A stretch of 64,000 nucleotides of DNA. Source: Dicyema japonicum. Its lineage: Eukaryota > Animalia > Dicyemida. The DNA is taken from the NCBI GenBank assembly GCA_011109175.1, contig RDEW01000013.1:165476-229475 (forward strand), given 5' to 3'. Under the pieces are notes generated by a model, which ran no database searches, was not told the origin of the DNA, and was given only the letters and a program-made list of their open reading frames with translations. The position numbers were made by a program, and so were the translations under genes. Of the stretch, positions 53,411 to 64,000 are shown piece after piece (the stretch's first letter is position 1; every line of letters starts with the position of its first letter).

Positions 53411-56259
53411 TGGAATTCCATGAGATCAACGGAACACAGGAGAAAGTACGACACTTGGGAACTCCCATTCCTCAAAAATAAAAAAGAACATCGAGGTTTT
53501 CTATGTGCATTCTCTCACCAAGACGGAAGTCATGAAACCAAAACATCCTGATTCCAATCCTCCGATTTCTTTGAATGGTCCGGACAAACTTGGAGAGAGT
53601 AAATCGTAAACTATTTGAAAACAACGTCTGAGCGGCGTTGCCAGAAACCATACTGTCATGGCTGCGACGCCTGAGGTACTTGAACTACTCAGACGAAAAC
53701 GTCCATGTCCTCCGGCAGATTACCGCCCATTCGTGCACCCGGAAAATTTGTCAAGGACGACCGTCACCGAAGGCAAAGTGCGGCGCGGCATTTCGTTGTT
53801 AGCGGCGAGTAGCAGTGGAGATTGCGGCCAGGTCACATCAAGGATCTTACGGCGGGGGATACCGCAGAAGCTGGCTGCAACCTTTTCAATTCAATTACAA
53901 AACTAGTTATGCGTATTTTGAACGGAGATATTCCTCATCGTGCAAGGGAGCTTCTTTTCGGTGCACATCTACTAGCCTTCAAAAACCCGAAGGTGGAGTC
54001 CGCCCCATCGCGGTCGGCAACTATTTCAGAAGACTGACAGCGAAAATCGCATGCAGTCTGTCCAAGAATATCTGAAAAATTATCCCCCTCCAACTGGGGT
54101 TGGTGTAAGGAACGGATGCGAGGCGGCAGGCCATGCTGCGAGGTGTTTTTTGGACAGAAAGACGAACAAAACCCATATACTGGGGTCAAGCTGGACATCT
54201 TCAATGCCTTCAATTCACTGAGGAGGGATCAAATTCTCTAAACTACAAGCAACTTCCTTTTGAAGAATAGCTCCTATATGCTCTCCGATGTTTTACCTGC
54301 TTCAAACATCGTGACTTTTTCCTGTCACTAAATAGGACAGTGGAAAAATTATCTGAATTGCTTCTAAACATTCACTATGATATGCCGAGTTGGAATCAAT
54401 GCAAGCTTGCTACACTTTCACTGGAGATCTCATTTCCACCATGTTTAATCGCTATAAAAAATTCTTTACACATAAGTTAGGACACCCCAAAAGGGGCATG
54501 CGCCCAACCCAGAAGTACTGCAATACTGGGAGGACGCGCGGTATGGCGGAAGCAAGCTTCGCAACACACACCAAGTTACAAAAATAAGCATTATATCTTG
54601 CCCCTTGTAAGGGCGTCCCAGATATAAAGCTGGAAAGAACAGATACTACACTTTGATCTTAGCCAAAAGGCCGAGAAGCGACGTCTTGTTAGGATGCACG
54701 TATATAAAAACTAGCTGTATAATAGCTGTCAACATTATCATTATATTTCCTTTGAATTATTGATATTAAAATTTTAGTCATATTTTCTGTCATTATTAAT
54801 ATATTATTTTTATTAATAATATTTACAAAATTTTTATATTTTTGATTTGTGTTTCTTAATCTTAGTACTCGAGAATTATTTTTATTTTTTATTTGCACTT
54901 TCCGAAAAGCCATATCAGTTATCGCTACCCCTCAGGCAGAACGCACACTTTATTTTAAGCAAAGAACAGTTATAATGCTAATCGAGGGAGGATCATGGAA
55001 TGATCTTCACTTTTTTGTTTTCTTTTTCTTGGGTGTATGTCCTTTATAGACAATCCGGTTTTGCAGTGAAGTTCTTGATGACGGCGTCACTTGTCAAACC
55101 AAAGCATATTCATGCGTGGAACCTTAAACCGATAATTATTCACATATTGAAAAAAATAGTGACTTTTCTTTGATGTATGCTTTGTGTATATAATAATATA
55201 TGATTTTCATACGTAACCATTTAACTACAATTTCAACTACTACAGTGTCCCCATATGATGACGACTTAGAAGTTAATCTAAAAATGATTTTCTTTCTCGT
55301 TGACTGTTTCAAATCCGTCGACCAGTGTATGGTTTACTAGAAAGCGTATGGGTCACCTAAAGACAATTAGATATTCTCCATAACAATCGTGATGGTTGAG
55401 AATATAGAGGGAAATATTTGGAAAACATCTGTAAAATTATACTGAGATTTTAAATTATAAATAATATCAGTCTCACCAACTCGAAGATGTCGTTTTAGGT
55501 TATCTTTTAATTTCAGTATAAAGTCGGGCACAAGTTCCAAACCTGATTTATTCCCAAAATATCATTTTTTCTTATTTTGTAAAAATTAACTTTCAACCTT
55601 CTTTTATTTACATAACCCCAAGAACACGAGAAAGAAAGGTAATAGTAACCAACTAATTAGCTGATCGAGTTCCTCTTATCAGCTGCTCATTTTCATCCTT
55701 TTGCTCATCGAGGGACCCCACCGTTTCCAGCAGTTTTCGATTTCTTCTAACTAGATATTCACATATCTCAAAATAAAAAAATAAAATATTTTGTATTCTA
55801 ACTATTCCATGTAAAACTCTCACCTATTTTATTAAAAAATTCATAATTTTACGTTGAAAACAAAAATAGAGGACCACAGCCATGACTACTAGGTTATTCC
55901 CTTCTCTAATTTCCTGAGCGGGCTGAGATAAGATTTCCTATTCTTTGGAGGGAAGCGTAGGCGAATGTCCGAAGGCTCAGATTTCCACAGTAAGAGGAAC
56001 AAACGTTACATCACCATTAGAGGTTTAGCATATTCCCAAGGCTTAAACTTCTTGGTCGTCCCAGTTGCTTAATAGGCGTTGGTCGCACTCTGGGAGGTTT
56101 TATCTATACAAGTCATATTCTATCTAGGGGCTCTTAGTCGTGAAAGGAAAGATGATTATTCTACTCGGACGTTTTCCATTGCGTCTACACATACGGTACA
56201 GAAGAGAAATTAAACCGTTTCCTAAATTCGTAGGAAAGAAGTTCATTTAATATTTTATT

Positions 56260-57170
56260 GCTGATGGCATGCCTCTACTTATCCTGCAAGCGAGTAGATG
56301 AAGTAAAAAAAAACCTCCTCACATGTACTGGCGTGTCACATTCAGTCCATGACAAAATTTTCGTTAGATGTAGAAACGTCTACAAAATTGAACGACCAAA
56401 AAGCTTATTCCATAACTGGCACATTCATCTCTGTTCAGTTACATACCAACTTAGGACAAGAAGGAAGTTGATAATTCTAAATATCAAAAGACAATATTTA
56501 GAAGTCTTCCGAGGACTGAATCGTTCAGATAACAGAGGTTTAGGGAAGAAAGGTAATCTTTTCAATGGAAAGAGATAAAAGAATGATCCGAGAAGGTCTA
56601 TCTATTGCACACCGGAGGATGAAGGTATTCGATATTTCCCAAAAAGGAAAAAGAGTGGATCCCATATGGTTAACCAGCCGAATTTGGATATCTTTCCATA
56701 AAAGATTCCGGAATGAAATCCTCTTTACACTGTTGAAAGTGTTCTTGATATTCAACAGAGCATTTTAAAAACTCATTTTCTTGAAGATCCGTTTACTCCT
56801 ACCCCCGACATGAGAAGGCCTTAGAAATTGGAGCAACCAGGAGAACAGAATTTGCAGGCTATCCTGGCAGATAGCCTTCTGAAAAAAACCAAGAGCAAAG
56901 GGATGTTGTCAACTAATCTTATAAAACGATCAGGAGAGCAGTAAGTGACGCGTTTGGGTTTGTATCTGGAAGACCTCCTGATAGAATCCGATTCGTAAGA
57001 AAAGTGATAGAGGAAATGACTGACAGTCGGATCTTCACAGAAATGGTATTAAGGTATTTCAAATGGTCGAATCTTATTCCACTACTCTCTGGGACGAAAA
57101 TCCGAATACCCAAAAAAGTACCTAATCGTTCGAGGCGATTTAAAGCCTCATTTTAGCGAGTGGTAGTAAA
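56260..57170 (-). mobile_element. Degraded CRE RT fragment
   Basis: HLKYL, TNRILSG, FRRLSARIAC, NIKNTFNS. Confidence 0.7.
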
Positions 57171-57237
57171 TTGTGAGAGATAGGTGGGTGTTTGTTCAAT
57201 TACATATGGAAAGTTTTATAAATTTAAACAATAGAAG

Positions 57238-59900
57238 TCAGGTAGTTGCCGCCCTCACCGCGTGGCTGTTCCCTCTCAAAATTGCGAGCGAAATTCGCTC
57301 AAATAGCCAGCGGCGTTCGCGGAGATCTCCAGTGCATGAGGTGATCCGGTTTCCAAGACGTCCGAAAAACTCGAGTGTAGAGGGGGAGTAGGATCCGGAA
57401 GTCTCCATAGCAAGGGGAACAAATTTGACATCATCGGGAAGGTCGACGTATTTAACGAGTTTGGCCTTCTCCGCCTTTACGGATGCTGAACAGGCCCTTG
57501 TAGCACTCTCGTGAAGATTTTTCTGGGCGAACGTGTCTGTACATGTCACATCCCAAACCAGTGGTTTCCCGGCCTCAAATGGAAATATGGTCATCCCGTC
57601 CGGTCGTTTCCCGTCACTTCTGCATAACCCGACCGGTTCAAGAATGGCCGAGTATCCAGCAGCATCCATAGCTCGCCTGACAATTTCATTCAGAGCCTTG
57701 TGCCTTGGGGATCTGCCAGCGCTCCTCCTGCAGGCGAGAGGGTGCAGGCCATAGCAGTCTATCAGGATGCCACATCGGCACGGGTGAGGTACACATACTT
57801 TTAGTCCCAGCCGCAGAGAGATACCAGTTCTAACGCATTCATCATCCAGAAAAGTGCCCAAAGCTCCATTGGGGATGGCGTTTAGCCAAGCTCCGCTCTC
57901 AGGGGAAGCCCCCGAAAGCAAACAAGCGCGTCGGTGCTGATTGGCAGATTCCAGTAGGAGTCCAAATGATTTCCAGCATAATAAGTTGTCCAGGTTTCGC
58001 TGGCGATCTTGGGAAGGAGGCAGGGGGAGGTTGGTGGCATTCCAGGCTTCTCGTGCGTGGATTATCTCTTGGTCAGTTGAGAATTCGGGTGGGGAGTGTA
58101 GAATCCTCCTGACCAAAGGTTCGCAGGCCGTGAGTGATGATAAATGAGCGGGAAGTGAGACGTCCAAAGTTCGACGGATTCCAAGACCCCCGAATCTAAC
58201 TGGGAGTGTAGCCTGCATCCATGTATCATCGTCGAATCGGACATTAAATATTTGCTCCGTCGAGCTGAGGAGAGACAAATCAAAATTCTCGAGCAGCTCC
58301 AGTTGAGAATAATATGGAGCTGTCCTTAGTAGATAGGAGATTCTCTGGATGTTGAGACTTCTTTTCAATAGGAATAGTGCTGTGTGCAAGTCCAGCAGCT
58401 GTAATCTTTCCAGCGAATCGCATAGGAGTCGTTTTTTGTCAAGGAGGACATGCTTCATCGCATTACTAGTGATCGGGGATCCAAGAAAAATCAATTCATT
58501 TTCAGGGGTCGAAATCCCACCGGGAAACAAGGAGTAAAATTTTTGAACAATTGAAGAGAAGTCATCGTCAGCAAGACCACAGTTTGTTATTTCACATTTC
58601 GTTATATTCAACTGAAGACCCACCTCGGACAGCGCGGGTGAGTACTTCTAAGTCCTGGAAGACCGTTTCCGGGGGACCTCCTAAGACAGCGTCATCGAGG
58701 TACCAGATGTTGAGTGGGCATCTAGAGAGCTTCGTGATCCTCTCAATGCCGAGGGAGAACAGCAGTGGTCCGAGGGGGTCGCCCTGTTGAACACCTGAGG
58801 ACGATGGAACTATGAAATCCCCGTGCAATAGTGATGAAGGTTTTCCGTATGAATAATTGACCAGTTCAAATATGTACGGACATCTTTCCTTGCAGGCCTC
58901 CAGAATGCAGTCTCTTCTTAAGCTGTTAAAAGCGTTCTTGATGTCCAGTTTTACCATAATGTGCCTTTTAAAGTCTTGAATGCTGCTGTTCCTGAATCTT
59001 CTGACGGAGTGAACGGCTGCCTCACATCCAAGACGAACTCCGACTCCAACTTGACTGGGAAGTAAGGATTTTGACAAGATTGACGTAGAAAATCTGGAAG
59101 CAATCTTGGCTGCTAGTCTTCTGAAAGTGAATCCGACCGCGATCGGGCGGATTCCACCTCCCTTCTTGTCGACGGCAATCAGACTAGCCGAAAACAAGAT
59201 ATGACGTATCAAATCAGGCAAATGTCCAGATAATATCCTGTTCATAAGAGAAGTGAGTGAGTATGAAAGACGACTTGCTTGGTCTCCAATAGTCGGTGAA
59301 ATAAGGTCTTTAAGATGGCCGGGCCTTAAGCCATCGAGACCTCCACAGCTACTTGGTGCAAAGTTCCATAACGCCGTGATGACATCCTCAGGCGACGTGG
59401 TCAAAGGGGTCGCTTCTGATGGGGGCGAGCAATGGCGTAGGTCATTCGGAGAGGGTGGATGTTTCCCCAATAGCGTCTTGTAAGTATCAATGGTTGGATT
59501 GCGTGGTCCATCTGAGAGTGAGAGGGCCTTCAATGCGGATCGGGTTCCTCCTTCAAGCAACTTCGATCGTACGGTCTTTCTTAGGCGAAGAATCTCCGTT
59601 TCCCGAGTTGAACTCCGAGTCTCAGTTGAACGGATGCAGAAGGACGTGAGGTCCGTAAAGTGAGTTCCATCCATAAATGCGCGGATGTTGTTCTTCATCT
59701 CAATCGAGAGAGACTCCTTCCCATTGCGATCTCTAGAGGAGCCAAGAGCGAAAGGAGCAAAATTAAACAAACGTATCCAGTCGTTTATAGAGTCGGAGCG
59801 GAGTGCATCGTCGATTGCTTTGGTTAAGGCTTCGGCAGCTAGGGGGCGGGCTGCTTTAGGGATCTTCACCGGGATACTCCTCGATGACCGGCGTTATGGA
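57238..59900 (-). mobile_element. CRE-clade retrotransposon, near-intact RT-RLE (one frameshift near 58600-58640), 5' truncated
   Basis: ORFs of 425 aa and 461 aa: RPIAVG, DIKNAFNS, GVQQGDPLGP, YLDD, CRCG..HPLAC, RHKALN, RPDG, WDVTCTDT. Confidence 0.93.
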
Positions 59901-60313
59901 AAGTGTCTGATGATGGCTTTTTGGTATGAAACTGCCGAATCGATTTTATTATTATTTAGCCTCACTGCCTGCGAGAAAATCCGCTGAACCAAATAAGTTA
60001 GCAACTACCAATGTATTCTCACATATGCCCTCCAGACGAGAAGGTCCAAATAGAAAGAACCTTTTGTAGGTGAGTAAATGTTCCGTTGTCAAAAAGTTTT
60101 TTTAGACTCAATTATACGCTTACGAGCGGGTATTCAGCATCTCAACCTTGCAAGATCTACTCGATTCAGAATCAATTTATTTTCGGAGGTGACTTGTTAA
60201 AGAGTTTTTCCACTCAGAGTTCATTGATGTTTTGTGAATAAAATTAAAACACTTATGAATAAGATTAAAACATTTAAAATATTATTAATTAATAATTATA
60301 TCATTTTAAATAA

Positions 60314-61133
60314 ATGGAAAACTTTTCATGTGTAGGCACGTGTCGTCCAATCGGTAATTAATTTTTATTTAATAATAGGATTAAAGTTAGGAGTCGTATC
60401 GGAATCTCAAGGATCAGCTTATTTTGAGCAAGGCAACTCCAAAATTACATGTGCAATGTAATCTCTTAAATGGCGACAATCATAGTTATGGACCTCGTGA
60501 CTTTGGAAGAGTCAGTGATTACAGTAATGAATTTCAGTTGAACTGCAATTTCTACATATCCCCTTTAGCTTCCTCACTCCCCTTGAAGACCTCGAGGCCA
60601 TGCAAAGGGAGTTCAGCTCAATTGTCCGTTCTACATTTATCTGCATAATCAAAACTGACTGTTACCCCAAGTCAGTGATTGATATAAATATAACTGTCCT
60701 CCAAATCGACGGAAATTGTACTCTCTCCCTTATTTCTAGGTCTTAGTCCCGCCATTTGCTGTATCACTTCCGCTCTCATTGAAGCAGGAATCGAAATGTA
60801 TGACATGGTCACTGCTGCCACCATGGTTGGTTAGTGGCTCTATTAAAGGGCTTTAAAGAGAAGATATCGTCGTTGACCCAACCTCTGAGGATTTGAAAGA
60901 CGTTAGTATTTGACTAATGCTAGGATTACTGGCTCCATAACAGTTGCCTGCATGGTTGGCCTTAAGAAGATTGTGACTGTTTTTTCTGCTGGGACTTTTG
61001 TCGAAAGAACTTACTTTAAACGAGTTTTCTGTTGTAGAAATGTTAGGGAATCAGGGAATGTACTGCTCTGTGTGCTGGGATTAATACATTAATGAAAAAG
61101 TCAATTCAGGCTGATGTTATAAATTCTGTTTGA
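60314..61133 (+). CDS. EXOSC6: Exosome RNase PH-like subunit MTR3
   Basis: GVVSESQGSAYFEQGNSKITCAIYGPR, YPKSVIDI, AGIEMYDMV (an MTR3-type motif). Several 22-28 nt introns; 1-nt shift at CCCC 60579-60582. Confidence 0.8.
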
Positions 61134-61199
61134 TATCTGTGATATAAACTTTATTTTTTATTTATTACCCCAGATACTTTTTTGGTGAGGTGGTGACGT

Positions 61200-63750
61200 G
61201 CCTCGTTTCTTTTCTGTACAACGGTTAAGAAAAAATGTCTAAAAAGCAAAAGATACAAAGAATATGCTTGCCCTAGAGCTTCTTACGTTCTAGAGGAATA
61301 TCTAAGCCTCAGTCAAGAAATACTCTCTGTGATGACCTAGGAAAGATATAACGTTTCTATTGGTTGTATAAAACGAGACGAAAATTACGTACTCTCTCGA
61401 TGAAAAACCATGAAATATCGTAACATGTCCACCCAGTGACTCAAAACACTATGGTCTTATCTTGCCATTCACAGAAAACTATCATCTGATCAGATCGCAT
61501 TTGGCGGGTAAATGACAGGATCTGCGTAATACAGATCCGTCTGAACAGCCAATGTTCCCCTAAAAATACACTAACAATTATAAATGAATATGCACCACAC
61601 TGTGGAAGGGTGGCAAAAAAACCCGACCGAACTGGATGAATTGTAATCACCATTATCAAAGACGTATATTGGATATTAGTCATCTCACTTATATTCATTG
61701 CTGGATGCGAAAATTGGAACAAAAAAGAACTCAGAAGATACCTTTATGGAAAGACACGGACGTGGGAAAAGAAACTTGCCTGGGACCATACTTGCCCATT
61801 TCTGCACGGCAAACAAACTGTTCTTGTGCAACACCGCATACTCTCATTGTGCATGCCACATAACCACTTGATGGGCGTACGAAGAAACCCAGATGAAAAA
61901 ACTAGTCCCTATATACAACCAAATTGATTATATTATATGCCGGATAACGACAAACGCTCTCTTATAAACGCACGCTCATACGAAGGTTCAACAATTGTCA
62001 GCGATCACAGAATGGTTATTGTCACCTTCAGCCTAGCGAAACATGGTGTCAAATACAAGAAACATAACAACATCACAAACAATAATAATGAGAATACAAG
62101 AAATGGATACGCAACGGAAAAACTGATCTCTCACCCAGATACAGTCAAAAATTACCAAAAATACATCTGCTCTCATCTGAAAGACCTAACAGTAGGAATT
62201 TCGTGGGATCGCACAAAGAATATAATAAACGAAGCAGCAAGCCAGTACCTCGGCACGCAGTAGATGGCCAGTATGGGTCGGACGATACAAACAGAATTAG
62301 CAAAGGAGTTAAAAGAAATCCATACAAAAAAAACTAAACGAAAAAGATTATATCAGGAGAACAACCTTTCAGGGGCAGAGGGACCAAATCCGTAGAAAAA
62401 CCAGGAGACTGAACAAGACACTCCACCAAGAAGAACTGCTTCGCAAAATCAATGAAGTAACCAAACTAAAAGATAATTCACAAATGTACTACTAAATGAA
62501 TTGTTTTCAACTAACTCAACTTTACCCCTGGGAACGGGATTACTAATACAAAAACCCAATAAACCCAAAGGACGGTTGAAAACTATTATATTATCAAATT
62601 CTCTACGGAAAGTCTTAGCTAACATTTTATTAAAACGAATAAAAGGACCCGCCTATGAATACCTACCCGAAAGTCAAAGTGGGTTCAGAGAAGAAAGATC
62701 AACTCTGATGCAGTCTGGAGTCACAGATGGAGATGTGCAACACATCAAAGATATTGCAATCCCACCCACATTCTGAATAGATCTATCAAAAGCCTTTGAC
62801 TCGGTTAACAGGAACAAATTGATGACAGTGCTGGAAGGATTTATTGACGAATCGAGTCTAAAAATGATAAAGAAAATTTGAAACAGACACAGGCACTCCT
62901 CAAGGAGACTGCCTCTCCGCTACTATTCACAATATACTTGGAGGCCGCTATGAGGGAACTGAGACCATTATACCAAGGAAAAATAGAAGTGTTTTATGAA
63001 GACAAAGAACTCCTGGAACATGTACTAGAAAAAGCACCAGATATACTTGGGAAATGGTTTCTCACAGTAAACAGACAAAAAAAGAACGGACAGAAATAAG
63101 ACGAATGAATAACTCACTCGATGAGAAATGGAGACACATAAACTTCCCTATTAGGAGATAGTGAAGATATCATACGGAGAAATACCATGGCAAACGCGGC
63201 ATTACACAGGCTGTAAAACCTATGGCTAAAACTGAAAGGGAATAACATAAAACAAAGGATAATGTTATACGACACTTTTATTAAACCAATCCTCCTATAC
63301 AACTCTGGGACCTAGGCCACCTCAAAAGAGGAATTAGAGAGGCTAGACTCGTTTCACAGGAATCATGTAAGAAACATAACTGAAATGTCCTGGTCATCTA
63401 AGATCTCGCAGAAAGGACTGTAAAATAAGTGTGAATGTACAGCAATAGGTCTCTAAATCATTAGCTCTCTTTTAAGACTTTTTGGACACGTCCTGAGGTT
63501 GGACCCGACATTCCCCCTCGAATATCGCCATGGAAGATTACTACACCTCCAATGTAAAACGCTTTCTTGGAAGACCAAGAAAAAGTCTTCCGATCGTTTT
63601 ACAAAACGATCTGAAAGCCGTGAAAAAAACATTGGCATCTGCTGACGACCTGGACACACTGAGTGATCTGGCTAAGAACAGAAGAGCTTGGAGCAAGCTA
63701 ACTCTTTTTCTTATACTTTTTGCCGGCTCGTGAAAGTGCTAATAATAATA
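61200..63750 (+). mobile_element. RTE-like LINE copy D, heavily decayed, with (TAA)n tail
   Basis: VSDHRMV, SQSGFRE, SPLLFTIYLEA, FLGRPRKSLP; 3' end CGTGAAAGTGCTAATAATAATAA. Confidence 0.88.
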
Positions 63751-64000
63751 AGATCCTTTGGAATTAAGGAAACCGGTGGCTAACATGATCGTTACAGCCA
63801 AAAGCGGATGCTCCCAGAGATCCGACAAGTTTAATTGCTTCTGTGCAGATCTCGAAGGTGGACCCGGACAAGAAGAGAGTTGACTCGTCTACCGGTCGTC
63901 AAGAAAGCATGATGGGCATAATGGAGAGTATGATTGACCAATTTTGTACGGATATGAATGTAAATCCATGTGATGATAACAACGTAGGCGCTTCGAGTGG

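Larger units (their letters stand above)
52263..54390 (+). mobile_element. Decayed PHD-bearing CRE element interrupted by a MITE
   Basis: PHD CSSC..CLSC..HLGC..WNCIVC, IPTRIPRP.R, RPGHIKDL, RPIAVGNYFRRL, LDIFNAFNS. Confidence 0.85.

Overview
AT-rich, transposon-dense window from an animal genome with extremely short introns (almost all 20-29 nt). Recognisable host genes: a Brachyury-like T-box factor, a Bcl-2-fold protein, MRPS25, TTC29, a secreted double C-type lectin, tRNA-Arg(UCG), alpha-actinin, signal peptide peptidase, a glutaredoxin-fused thioredoxin reductase (TGR type, probable selenoprotein ending G-C-U-S), exosome subunit EXOSC6/MTR3, and a 5'-truncated sorbitol dehydrogenase copy. 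Much of the intergenic DNA is non-LTR retrotransposon: many CRE-clade copies (one full length with an N-terminal PHD finger and an 11-bp TSD), RTE-like, jockey/CR1-like and R4/Dong-like elements. There are also pogo, hAT and Mutator-type DNA transposon remnants. Six host genes each lack one nucleotide at or next to a short homopolymer, most likely uncorrected long-read errors, so frameshifts here are not reliable evidence of pseudogenisation. All homology calls come from motif recognition by eye; no database search was run.
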